A stretch of 64,000 nucleotides of DNA from Thiomicrorhabdus sp. GTDB taxonomy: Bacteria > Pseudomonadota > Gammaproteobacteria > Thiomicrospirales > Thiomicrospiraceae. Position 1 is the first letter of the stretch. Every line of letters starts with the position of its first letter. The notes under the pieces are model-generated. The model was given only the letters and a program-made list of their open reading frames with translations. It was not told the DNA's origin and ran no database searches. A program made the translations under genes and the position numbers. The stretch covers positions 2,184 through 66,183 of the forward strand of contig WFQP01000006.1 in the NCBI GenBank assembly GCA_015487015.1, read 5' to 3'. Shown here one piece after another: positions 51,653-61,123 of this stretch.

Positions 51653-52762
51653 TTAGGGAGGGGGGATTTGTGTTAACTCCCCTTCATTTAGTTGCCATAT
51701 ATGGGTAGTTTCTGGGTTGAGTATGGAAATGAGAGTTTGAGATGTGCTGGTAATAATGTGCTGTATTTTTAGAACTTGAAGGAGTTCAAGTAATTTTAAA
51801 CGGTGTGTTTCATCGAGTTCAGCAGGCAGGTCGTCAATGAGCATGATGACGGGTTCTTGCAGTGTTTTTTCATGCAGACTTGCTTGTGCAAGGAGTAGTG
51901 CGCACACAAACAATTTTTGCTGGCCTCTTGAAAGGGTATTGATGGCTTCTTGTCCCGAAAATTTAAAGCGAATATCGGCTCGGTGTGCACCGTATTGTGT
52001 ATGCCCGAGAGTGCTTTCTTTTTGAAAGTTATGGGAGTAGAGAGCCATTAAATCTTCGGTATTTTTAGGCCAGCCCGCACGGTATTGGCAGATAACATTT
52101 TCAGTTATTTCAGGCATTAAGGCTTGGCAAAATGTAACAAGGTAGGGGGTTAAATTTTTTAAATAAGCTTGGCGAATTTGATCTATTTTGAGTGCATTTT
52201 CAACCAGTGTTTGATCCCACAGTTGTACTTGTTTTTTGGGTAATTTTTTTTTGAGTGCTTGATTACGCTGTTTAAGGCCACGCTGATAATTTCGCCATAA
52301 GGGCATAAAATCAGGTGATTGGTGAAAGCAGCCCCAGTCCATAAATTGACGGCGAGCTTTGGGGCCATCTTCGAGCAATTTATGGCTCTCTGGTGTAAGC
52401 AGTTGCACAGGAAGGTGTTGTGCGATGGTTGATTGGGATTGAATTGTTTCACCGTCCATACGAAGTTGACTTTGTTGTGCTGTTTTTTGTACGCCTAAGC
52501 GGTGTGAGTTGATATTTGTACGTTTATGGCTGGAAGTCACTTCGGCAAATACGGTGAGTGCTGTTTGTTGGTGCTGAATTAAAAGGTGTGATTTAGCGGT
52601 TCGAAAAGAGCGGCCTGTTGCCAATACCCAAATGGCTTCGATAATGGATGTTTTTCCTGATGCATTATCGCCAATAATTAAGTTTAAGCCACGGCTGAGC
52701 TCACACTGAATTTGTTGGCAGTTTCGAAAGTATTGGAGGGAGAGTTGGGTGATTTGTGTCAA
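51653..52762 (-). CDS. recF: DNA replication/repair protein RecF
   Basis: FRN, GDNASGKTS, GRSFR, LSRGQQK, LIDDLPAELD. Confidence 0.96.
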   Translation of the reverse strand: MTQITQLSLQYFRNCQQIQCELSRGLNLIIGDNASGKTSIIEAIWVLATGRSFRTAKSHLLIQHQQTALTVFAEVTSSHKRTNINSHRLGVQKTAQQSQLRMDGETIQSQSTIAQHLPVQLLTPESHKLLEDGPKARRQFMDWGCFHQSPDFMPLWRNYQRGLKQRNQALKKKLPKKQVQLWDQTLVENALKIDQIRQAYLKNLTPYLVTFCQALMPEITENVICQYRAGWPKNTEDLMALYSHNFQKESTLGHTQYGAHRADIRFKFSGQEAINTLSRGQQKLFVCALLLAQASLHEKTLQEPVIMLIDDLPAELDETHRLKLLELLQVLKIQHIITSTSQTLISILNPETTHIWQLNEGELTQIPPP

Positions 52763-52875
52763 AAGTATTGAGCCGTTTTACTTGGCGTTTGTCCAAGAAT
52801 GAAAGTTGTTTTAAAAAAGGGAAGCTGGATTAAGATGTTTTTAATCCAGTTATTTTGAGCTCTGATTTATCTGAT

Positions 52876-53985
52876 CTACAGGCGCATTGGCATAATAACA
52901 TGCTGGCAATGACAAGCATCGGTTTGAGTTTCAATTAAACAGCTACTACTGGCGTCTTTAAGTATTAGGGTAACGCAATCGTCTTGTATGGAGTTGAGTA
53001 CGTCAATAATGTAGTTTACGTTAAAGCCTATTTCCATCTCAGTACCGTTGTAGTCAATGGCCATGTCTTCATGTGACTCATCTTGTTCACTGTTGGATGC
53101 GTTGACGGCTAAAAGATTTTGGCTTAAGACTAAACGGATGCCTTTGAATTTATCATTGGATAAAATAGAAGCGCGCTGTAGTAAACTGCGTAATAACTCT
53201 TTATCTGTTTGAATAAATTGATCATTCTCGGTCGGTATTACTCGAAGGTAATCAGGGAAGCGACCATCAACCAATTTACAGGTAAATACGGTATTTTCAA
53301 GCTGTACAGTAAGGTAGTTTTTAGCGAGTGAAAACTCAATTAAAGTGTCATCATCGCTCATTAGTTTTTGCAATTCAAGCACGCCTTTTCGCGGTAAAAT
53401 AGCTTGCGTTGAAGGCAGTCCTTCCATAGCGAGTTGAGTTGAGCAGGTTGATAAGCGGTGACCATCAGTTGCCACCACTCGTAACGTATTATTATTAATA
53501 TCAAATAACATGCCGTTTAAATAAAAGCGTACATCTTGACTGGCCATTGCAAACCCAGAGTGCAAGATGAGCTGTTTTAATTGATGTTGTGACAGTGAAA
53601 ATGATAGGTCAGTTTGAGTAAGATCCATGGTTGGAAAATCATCGGCAGGCAGTGTCGACAGTTTAAAGCGTGATCGCCCTGCCGAAAGGGTACAGCGCGA
53701 TGCATCAAAATCTAAGGAGATCGTCAGTCCATTAGGAAGTGAGCGTACAATATTAATCAGCTTAATTGCTGGCAGTGTAATCGCAAGTTGATTGGCTTCA
53801 CTGGACTCTAATTCTGTTTTTGCACGGGTTTCAATTTCTAAATCAGATGCGGTAACGGTCAGGGTATTTTCAGAAACTTGAAATAAAACGTTGCCTAAAA
53901 TTGGCATTGTTTGACGTTTTTCAACAACTCCGCCAACGGTTTGTAGAACACTTAAAAGGTTTTCACGAGTTAATGTAATTTTCAT
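52876..53985 (-). CDS. dnaN: DNA polymerase III beta sliding clamp
   Basis: PILGNV, ASDLEI, DVRFYLNG, ATDGHRL, GRFPDY, VIMPMRL. Confidence 0.98.
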   Translation of the reverse strand: MKITLTRENLLSVLQTVGGVVEKRQTMPILGNVLFQVSENTLTVTASDLEIETRAKTELESSEANQLAITLPAIKLINIVRSLPNGLTISLDFDASRCTLSAGRSRFKLSTLPADDFPTMDLTQTDLSFSLSQHQLKQLILHSGFAMASQDVRFYLNGMLFDINNNTLRVVATDGHRLSTCSTQLAMEGLPSTQAILPRKGVLELQKLMSDDDTLIEFSLAKNYLTVQLENTVFTCKLVDGRFPDYLRVIPTENDQFIQTDKELLRSLLQRASILSNDKFKGIRLVLSQNLLAVNASNSEQDESHEDMAIDYNGTEMEIGFNVNYIIDVLNSIQDDCVTLILKDASSSCLIETQTDACHCQHVIMPMRL

Positions 53986-54002
53986 GCCAAGGTCTCTTAG
54001 TC

Positions 54003-55373
54003 TTAGTTGGTGATAATACGAATTAAACTGTTAAAGTCATTATCTATGTGATGATCTTGTTCTCGTAGCTCTTTAATTTTTCGTACAGCATGGAGCACTG
54101 TGGTGTGATCTCGTCCACCAAATGCATCACCAATCTCAGGTAAGCTGTGATTGGTGAGCTCTTTGGCGATGGCCATTGCAACTTGTCGTGGTCGTGCAAT
54201 ATTTCGAGTACGTCGTTTGGAGAGCAAATCTGTAACGCGCAGCTTAAAGTAGTCAGCCACGGTTTTTTGAATGTTATCTAAGGTCACCATTTTTTGTTGC
54301 AGTGCTAATAAGTCTTTGAGTGCGTCTTTGACTACTTCAACGGTTAATGCTTTTTGAGTAAATTGTGAGTAAGCGCCAACACGTCTTAAAGCCCCTTCTA
54401 AATCTCGGACATTGCCTCGTAATCGTTTAGCGATAAAAAAGGCGACTTCCTCTGGGAGTGCAATACCAAATTCAGATGCTTTTTTGAGTAAAATTGCAAC
54501 GCGCATTTCAAATTCAGGAGGCTCGACAGCAATGGTTAGCCCCCAGCCAAAACGAGATTTTAAACGGTCCTCCAGTCCATCGACTTCTTTAGGGAATCGA
54601 TCACTGGTTAAAATAACCTGTTTATTGCCCTCAAGTAGGGTATTGAAGGTATGAAAGAACTCTTCTTGGGACTGCTCTTTATTGGAAAAAAATTGAATAT
54701 CATCGATTAAAAGGGCATCTAATGAACGATAAAACCGTTTGAATTCATCAATTTTATTATGGCGCAATGCATTGACCATGTCGGCCACAAAACGTTCTGA
54801 GTGTAGATACACGACACGGGCATCTGGCTTGTCTTTTAAGAGTTGATTACCAATGGCGTGCATTAAGTGAGTTTTACCTAATCCTACGCCACCATAGATA
54901 AAAAAGGGATTGTAGCTTCCGCCTGGATTTTCAGCTACTTGTCTTGCCGCTGCGGCAGCTAGTTGGTTGGCCTTACCTTCTACAAATGTTTCAAATGTAA
55001 AGTTAGCATTTAAGCTATGCTTTATGCTTGATTTTTGAGGTCTATTTTTTGTAGAGGCTGGGCTATTTTGAGTTGGTTTACTTTGCAATGGTTGTGGAAT
55101 GGTTGTCTCAGCTTCAGGAAGTACTTCTACTGTATAATCTCCGATTTCGAGTAAAATATCGGGCGTATTTACAGGAGCTACTGTTGCAACCGCTTGACGA
55201 ATATTGCTCATCAATTTTTTATTCACCCAGTCTAAAATAAAGCTAGAGGGAGCTAATAGACGAATAGATGAGTCCTCTTCAATGGCTTGAAGGGGCCTAA
55301 TCCAAGTATGAAATTGCTGATCATTCAGATCATTTTCTAGGTATTTAAGACTTTGAGCCCACAATGATGACAA
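54003..55373 (-). CDS. dnaA: Chromosomal replication initiator DnaA (probable TTG start at 55373)
   Basis: [43 protein letters not shown]; AAGGA precedes the TTG. Confidence 0.98.
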   Translation of the reverse strand: MSSLWAQSLKYLENDLNDQQFHTWIRPLQAIEEDSSIRLLAPSSFILDWVNKKLMSNIRQAVATVAPVNTPDILLEIGDYTVEVLPEAETTIPQPLQSKPTQNSPASTKNRPQKSSIKHSLNANFTFETFVEGKANQLAAAAARQVAENPGGSYNPFFIYGGVGLGKTHLMHAIGNQLLKDKPDARVVYLHSERFVADMVNALRHNKIDEFKRFYRSLDALLIDDIQFFSNKEQSQEEFFHTFNTLLEGNKQVILTSDRFPKEVDGLEDRLKSRFGWGLTIAVEPPEFEMRVAILLKKASEFGIALPEEVAFFIAKRLRGNVRDLEGALRRVGAYSQFTQKALTVEVVKDALKDLLALQQKMVTLDNIQKTVADYFKLRVTDLLSKRRTRNIARPRQVAMAIAKELTNHSLPEIGDAFGGRDHTTVLHAVRKIKELREQDHHIDNDFNSLIRIITN

Positions 55374-55461
55374 AGGAGTATCCTTACAGAGTTGAGAGGG
55401 GTTGTTTAAAAAATAACTTAAGAAGTAACGCTTTCTTAAATAACAATCCAGCAATTATACT

Positions 55462-55583
55462 TGTGAATAACTTTAAAACAAGAGCTTGCTTGTGGATAAG
55501 TCTGTGCGCAAGCCCTGTGGATAAGGTTGGTTTTTATGATTATATCTTGTTGATAAAAAAGCATTTTCTTCGGTTGTGAATTA
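55462..55583. promoter_or_regulatory. DnaA-box cluster upstream of dnaA
   Basis: TGTGAATAA at 55462, TGTGGATAA at 55491 and 55516, TGTTGATAA at 55548, degenerate boxes at 55503 and 55575, all in one orientation. Confidence 0.85.
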
Positions 55584-55695
55584 AAAAGTATATTTTTTAT
55601 GTATTTCAGTTTTCTCTTCCTATATTTTGGCTTGTATCGGGTAAAAGTTGACTGTTAAAAAGGGTCATCTGGTTTTTATAAACTTTTAGAGTGTT

Positions 55696-56148
55696 ATGGA
55701 ATTTTTTACAGAGTTAGGTTTTTTAGGTCTTTTTTTGTCTGCTTTTTTAGCAGCAACTATTTTGCCACTGAGTTCAGAGATTGTTTTGAGCTTTTTATTG
55801 CTATCAGGATTGGATCCTGTTTTGTTAGTTGTGCTTGCAACAGTGGGTAATGTATTAGGATCTTTGGTCAATTATGCCATTGGTTTTTGGGGAAGTATCT
55901 TTGTCATTAATAAAATTTTAAGAGTTTCAGAGGCACAGTTTGAAAAATCAGAACAGCGTTTTAGAAAGTTTGGCGCATGGAGTCTGCTGTTTGCATGGGT
56001 ACCGATTATAGGAGATCCCTTAACACTCATTGCGGGTGTATTAAAAGTGAATATAGTTTGGTTTTTAGTATTGGTTATATTGGGAAAATTAGGTCGATAT
56101 ATTGTGGTGGCTTATGTTGCGTTACCAAATGGTTTTTTAAGTTTGTAG
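55696..56148 (+). CDS. YqaA/DedA (VTT) family membrane protein
   Basis: FLAATILPLSSE, GNVLGS.VNY.IG, WVPIIGDPLT..AG, GK..RY. Confidence 0.92.
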   Translation: MEFFTELGFLGLFLSAFLAATILPLSSEIVLSFLLLSGLDPVLLVVLATVGNVLGSLVNYAIGFWGSIFVINKILRVSEAQFEKSEQRFRKFGAWSLLFAWVPIIGDPLTLIAGVLKVNIVWFLVLVILGKLGRYIVVAYVALPNGFLSL

Positions 56149-56291
56149 AAGAGCCAAAGTGATGATAAATTTCCTAATTTAAACAAAGCGTTATAAATAA
56201 TTTCAGGTTGTTGTCTTGTTTTCTGGTTGATTACTCTATATAATTCCCGTTTTTCCGGATGTCGGAATAGAAAATTTAAGGATTTAGTGAC

Positions 56292-56426
56292 ATGAAACGT
56301 ACATTTCAACCTAGTGTTATAAAACGTGCCCGTACACACGGATTTCGTGCTCGTATGGCGACTAAAAATGGTCGTAAAATTTTAGCTGCTCGTCGTGCAA
56401 AAGGACGTAAGCGCTTAGCTGTATAG
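56292..56426 (+). CDS. rpmH: 50S ribosomal protein L34 (absent from ORF track)
   Basis: Manual translation [44 protein letters not shown]. Confidence 0.98.
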   Translation: MKRTFQPSVIKRARTHGFRARMATKNGRKILAARRAKGRKRLAV

Positions 56427-56477
56427 TATTTTAGTGTGCTGAATGGTACACATAAATCTAAATTCTGGTGAGTTTAA

Positions 56478-56915
56478 ATGCATTCAAACAATGATATATT
56501 GACTCACTCAGAACCTCCCTCTTCCTCCTCCCCTCCTCCTTTTTTGATGAAATCTGCAAATGGTTTTTCGAAATCTGTACGTATTTTAAAGCCGAAAGAC
56601 TTTCAACACGTATTTTCAAATGCTGAAAAATTTGGTAATCGTAACTGGACATTTATAGTTCGAGCCAACCAAAAACCCTATCCTAGACTTGGTTTAGCGA
56701 TTGCAAAAAAGCAATTACCGCATGCTGTTTGGCGAAATCGTGTAAAAAGATTGGCAAGAGAAGCATTTCGGTTACATAAGAAAGAGTTAAGTGGGTATGA
56801 TATTGTCGTTTTAGGGCGAAAAGGTATGCAAGATATTGATAATCAGACCTTGCATAAAAGTTTTTTGCATCTAGTGCGCAAAATTAAAAAAAGCGATCTA
56901 AAGGATCGTCTATAA
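56478..56915 (+). CDS. rnpA: Ribonuclease P protein component (alternative start 56547)
   Basis: PRLGLAIAKK, AVWRNRVKRLAREAFR RNR motif, DIVV. Confidence 0.95.
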   Translation: MHSNNDILTHSEPPSSSSPPPFLMKSANGFSKSVRILKPKDFQHVFSNAEKFGNRNWTFIVRANQKPYPRLGLAIAKKQLPHAVWRNRVKRLAREAFRLHKKELSGYDIVVLGRKGMQDIDNQTLHKSFLHLVRKIKKSDLKDRL

Positions 56916-56968
56916 ATAAAGTGGTTAGAGCCCTTGATAAATAGGGACTTTTAAGTAAGGTTTTTTCA

Positions 56969-58693
56969 ATGAATATGAGATCGTTTTGGTGGTTGGCATT
57001 GGCATTTACGTTAACGTGGATGTGGCTTGAGTGGATGCAATTTTCGTCAGCAAAAGTTGAAGCAACGGTGCAGGCAAGTGCCGCACAAGAGGTACCGCTT
57101 GCAAATGTTACATCAACGGTACAGGCTTCTGGCTCTGTATCGGATGTTCCTGGCGCAAATATAGGTAGTGTAAAGCATAGTGCAGTTCCTGTATTGCAGA
57201 ATGGTATTTCTCAAGGTGAGCGAGTTCATGTTAAAACCGATACTTTAGAGTTGGTGATTGATACGGTTGGCGGTGATATTCGTTCGGTAAAATTATTAGA
57301 ATATGGTGCGTCTAAAGATCCTTCTCAACCCTTTCAATTATTAAGCGATTCAGGCCCTTTAATCTATATGGTTCAAAATGGGTTAGCGACTCAGCCGAAT
57401 GCTAAATTACCTGCGCCGACACATAAAACTCAGTATCAAACAGCTCAAACAGAGTATGTTATGACAGGGGATACGTTAACGGTACCATTAACTTGGACAG
57501 AGGGTGGCGTGACGGTAACAAAAAGTTATATCTTTCAAAAGGGAAAATATTTGATTGATGTGGCTTATAAAATAGATAATCAAACAAGTGAAGCTTGGTC
57601 AGGGAGTATGTATTCTCAAATAGTACGTAACCGCTATAACCCTGATGAAAACTTTATGATGTATACCTATACAGGTCCTGTTTTATATGACCCTCATGCT
57701 GAGGATAAGTATGTTAAATATTCATTTGATGATTTAAATACACAGCCTGTTTCTGGTCGTATGGTAACGGGTGGTTGGGCTGCAATGATTCAGCAATATT
57801 TTTTAACCGCTTTGGTTCCTAATCAAGAAGCACAAAATACTTATTATGCAAAACCTTTAGCAGAAGGGCGCTATGCTGTCGGTGTGGTTGAGCCAATGAT
57901 GCTTGTTGAGCCTGGTCAGTCTGGTATTTTGTCATCTTCTGTTTATATAGGGCCTGAAAAACAAGATATTTTGGCCGAAATTGCACCAGGGTTAGAATTG
58001 ACTATCGATTATGGTGTATTAACAATTTTGGCCGAACCTCTTTTTTGGTTGCTGGATAAAATACATAGTATTGTAGGTAACTGGGGGGTTGCAATTATAT
58101 TGCTGACAGTTTTGATTAAGCTTGTTTTTTATAAGCTTTCAGAAACCAGTTATCGCTCGATGGCGCGCTTGAAAAAATTTCAGCCTAAATTGAAGCAGTT
58201 AAAAGAGAATTATGGTGATGATAAAGCGCTCTTTCAACAGAAGATGATGAAGCTTTATAAAGAGGAAAAGATTAATCCTTTAGGGGGGTGTTTACCTATT
58301 TTGATTCAGATGCCTGTGTTCATTGCGCTGTACTGGGTATTGTTGTATTCGGTAGAAATGCGTCATGCACCATTTATGCTATGGATTCAAGATTTGTCAG
58401 CAACGGATCCTTATTATATTTTGCCAATCATTATGGGTGTTACGATGTTTATTCAGCAGAAGCTGAACCCTTCTGCAATGATGGATGAAATGCAGCAAAA
58501 GGTAATGAAGTTTTTACCGTTTATTTTTACGATCTTCTTTATTTTCTTCCCAGCTGGATTAGTACTTTATTGGGTTGTAAACAATATTTTATCGGTCACT
58601 CAGCAGTGGTACATCACTAAAAAAATTGATGAAATTGATGCTAAAGAGAAAGAAAAAGAGAAAGAAAAGGCAAAAGAGAGAGCAGGTAAATAG
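56969..58693 (+). CDS. yidC: Membrane protein insertase YidC
   Basis: IDYG, NWGVAII, NPLGGCLP, DLSATDPYYILP, PAGLVLYW. Confidence 0.97.
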   Translation: MNMRSFWWLALAFTLTWMWLEWMQFSSAKVEATVQASAAQEVPLANVTSTVQASGSVSDVPGANIGSVKHSAVPVLQNGISQGERVHVKTDTLELVIDTVGGDIRSVKLLEYGASKDPSQPFQLLSDSGPLIYMVQNGLATQPNAKLPAPTHKTQYQTAQTEYVMTGDTLTVPLTWTEGGVTVTKSYIFQKGKYLIDVAYKIDNQTSEAWSGSMYSQIVRNRYNPDENFMMYTYTGPVLYDPHAEDKYVKYSFDDLNTQPVSGRMVTGGWAAMIQQYFLTALVPNQEAQNTYYAKPLAEGRYAVGVVEPMMLVEPGQSGILSSSVYIGPEKQDILAEIAPGLELTIDYGVLTILAEPLFWLLDKIHSIVGNWGVAIILLTVLIKLVFYKLSETSYRSMARLKKFQPKLKQLKENYGDDKALFQQKMMKLYKEEKINPLGGCLPILIQMPVFIALYWVLLYSVEMRHAPFMLWIQDLSATDPYYILPIIMGVTMFIQQKLNPSAMMDEMQQKVMKFLPFIFTIFFIFFPAGLVLYWVVNNILSVTQQWYITKKIDEIDAKEKEKEKEKAKERAGK

Positions 58694-58695
58694 AG

Positions 58696-59028
58696 ATGCA
58701 GTTAACTTATCAAAAACTTGGTCAGGATCACCCTATGTATGGGAAAGTGGACTTTTTGGTTGCAGATGGTACAACTCCAATTTGTTATAAAACAAAAACA
58801 GGATATTTTCCTTTAGAGTCAAACGCTTCAGTAACCAGCGTTACCAGTCCTATTGCAACGGCTGAAGTAGATTCGAAGCCATTGTATGTGTTATCTTTTA
58901 AGGTAAACGGAGAAGCAGAAGAGATGACGTTTTCTTCTAAAAAGAAGTTGGATAAGCGTATTGCTTTATTTTCTGAGAAAGCATTTATTACAGATATGAA
59001 GACAACGGTGTATAAAACGATCGTTTAA
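58696..59028 (+). CDS. Hypothetical protein
   Basis: 110 aa ORF starting 2 nt after the yidC stop and ending just before a terminator; no recognised motif. Confidence 0.65.
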   Translation: MQLTYQKLGQDHPMYGKVDFLVADGTTPICYKTKTGYFPLESNASVTSVTSPIATAEVDSKPLYVLSFKVNGEAEEMTFSSKKKLDKRIALFSEKAFITDMKTTVYKTIV

Positions 59029-59059
59029 AACTCAATTAGAATGTATTGAGCTTTCTTTT

Positions 59060-59086
59060 AAAACGCCCTTTAATGGGCGTTTTTTT
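59060..59086 (+). terminator. Intrinsic terminator after yidC and the hypothetical gene
   Basis: aaaacgccc-tttaat-gggcgtttttt. Confidence 0.8.
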
Positions 59087-59117
59087 ATTGGTCACTTTGA
59101 GTAAAGTAGGGTAAAGA

Positions 59118-60479
59118 ATGATATTTGATAATATAGATACCATTGCTGCAATTGCCACCCCTCTTGGGAGAGGAGGGGTTGGAATTGTTCGGATTTCAGG
59201 AAAAAGAGTGGCAAAGATTACTCAAGCAATTTTAGGTACTTTACCTCAGCCCCGTTACGCTTACTATGGTAATTTTTTGGGCTCAGAGGGGCAAGTGTTA
59301 GACCGAGGGATCGCTCTTTATTTTCCAAGCCCCAACTCATTTACAGGTGAGGATATTTTAGAGTTACAAGCGCATGGTGGCCCTATTGTCTTACAGTGGT
59401 TGTTAAATAGAGTGGTTGAGTTAGGCGCACGGCTGGCTGAGCCAGGTGAGTTCTCAAAGCAAGCTTTTATGAATGATAAATTAGACCTAGCTCAAGCCGA
59501 AGCAATTTCAGATTTAATTGAAGCATCCTCGGAGCAAGCTGCACGGTCAGCGATGCGTTCATTACAGGGTGAATTTTCACGAGAGATTAATGCATTAGTG
59601 GAGGAGACCATTCGTTTGCGAATTTATGTAGAAGCAGCGATTGATTTTCCAGAAGAGGAAATAGATTTTTTATCAGATGGTAAGGTTGCTCGTGACTTAC
59701 AGGTTATTTTATCGCGTTTACAACAGGTTTTTAGTGCAGCAAAACAGGGGGCTTTATTACGAGAGGGAATGTCGGTTGTGATTTTAGGGCGGCCTAATGC
59801 GGGTAAATCGAGTTTATTGAATGCACTCTCCGGTCGAGAAAGTGCCATCGTTACGAATGTTGCTGGTACGACGCGAGATATTGTTAAAGAAGAAATTAAT
59901 ATTGATGGGCTTCCATTACATATTTTAGATACGGCTGGTGTTCGAGAAGCGACAGATCAAGTTGAAAAAATAGGTATTGAGCGTGCATGGCAGGCACTGG
60001 ATGATGCAGATAGAGTGTTAGTGATATTACAGGCAGGTGAGAAAATTCATATAGAAGACCAAATGATTTTAGAGCGATTACCAGCTCATATTCCGGTAAC
60101 ACTGGTGCGTAATAAAATTGATTTAATTGGCCATCAACCGATGATTGAAGTGGATAAAAATACACAAGAGGCAGTGGTTTGGCTCTCAGCAAAGCACCGC
60201 CAAGGACTGGATCTTTTAAGAGAGCACCTTAAGGCAGAAATGGGGTTTTCTCAAACAGGGGAAGGCGTCTTTATGGCTAGAAAGCGTCATTTGGATGCCT
60301 TAGAAATAGCATTATCTTGGATTGAGAGTGGTCAGCAACAGCTAGAAGGGTTTGCGGCGGGAGAGCTTTTAGCAGAAGATTTACGTTTGGCACAGCAAGC
60401 ACTGTCTGAAATTACGGGTCGTTTTACCTCTGACGATTTGTTAGGGCGTATTTTTACCTCTTTTTGTATCGGTAAATAG
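59118..60479 (+). CDS. mnmE: tRNA modification GTPase MnmE
   Basis: [36 protein letters not shown]-terminus. Confidence 0.98.
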   Translation: MIFDNIDTIAAIATPLGRGGVGIVRISGKRVAKITQAILGTLPQPRYAYYGNFLGSEGQVLDRGIALYFPSPNSFTGEDILELQAHGGPIVLQWLLNRVVELGARLAEPGEFSKQAFMNDKLDLAQAEAISDLIEASSEQAARSAMRSLQGEFSREINALVEETIRLRIYVEAAIDFPEEEIDFLSDGKVARDLQVILSRLQQVFSAAKQGALLREGMSVVILGRPNAGKSSLLNALSGRESAIVTNVAGTTRDIVKEEINIDGLPLHILDTAGVREATDQVEKIGIERAWQALDDADRVLVILQAGEKIHIEDQMILERLPAHIPVTLVRNKIDLIGHQPMIEVDKNTQEAVVWLSAKHRQGLDLLREHLKAEMGFSQTGEGVFMARKRHLDALEIALSWIESGQQQLEGFAAGELLAEDLRLAQQALSEITGRFTSDDLLGRIFTSFCIGK

Positions 60480-60481
60480 CT

Positions 60482-61081
60482 TTGGGGTTGTACTTGATTC
60501 CTATTGAAGTGGCCTCTGCTGAAGTCATTGTTAAAAAAAGTCATTTTATTGCCTATGCTAAAAATATTGTTTCACGTGAAGCAGGCATGCTCTGGTTAGC
60601 TGAAATTAAAAAACAGTACCCTGATGCTCGCCATCACTGCTGGGCCTATATTATGGGTGATCCTAAGTGTGCACTTAATGCCGGAATGGGAGATGATGGT
60701 GAACCATCAGGTACTGCGGGCAAGCCTATTTTAAATGTACTAAATCATAAAAATGTTGGGGATGTGATGGTGATTGTCGTACGTTATTTTGGTGGTATTA
60801 AACTGGGAGCAGGCGGCTTAGCTAGAGCTTATGGGCAGGCGACTCAAGTGGTTATGGAGGCGTTGCTCACGAAAGAGCAGATTGAAATGGTCTCTATTTG
60901 GGTAATCTGTGATTTTTCGTTAGAACAGCAGGTTCGTTATTGGGTGGATAATATGGGTGGTAAGATATTAAAAACGGATTATACTCAACAGGTGAAGATA
61001 AATCTTTCTGTTCCATTGAAGAATAAGTTAACCTTAGTTTCATTATTGCAGGCAGAGAAGTGTACTTTTAAAGTGTTATAG
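60482..61081 (+). CDS. yigZ: IMPACT family protein YigZ
   Basis: ARHHCWAY, DDGEPSGTAGKPIL, RYFGGIKLG.GGL.RAY. Confidence 0.93.
   Translation: MGLYLIPIEVASAEVIVKKSHFIAYAKNIVSREAGMLWLAEIKKQYPDARHHCWAYIMGDPKCALNAGMGDDGEPSGTAGKPILNVLNHKNVGDVMVIVVRYFGGIKLGAGGLARAYGQATQVVMEALLTKEQIEMVSIWVICDFSLEQQVRYWVDNMGGKILKTDYTQQVKINLSVPLKNKLTLVSLLQAEKCTFKVL
60568..60583. other. parS-like site (1 mismatch, within yigZ)
   Basis: TGTTTCACGTGAAGCA. Confidence 0.7.
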
Positions 61082-61123
61082 TACTTGGATTGTGACAAGT
61101 ATTGTTTGAAAGGGTTGAAGCAG

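Noticed and set aside
55374-55454. 27 aa N-terminal extension of DnaA given by the ORF track
   Set aside because: Homology starts at (M)SSLW and an SD-like AAGGA precedes the TTG at 55373
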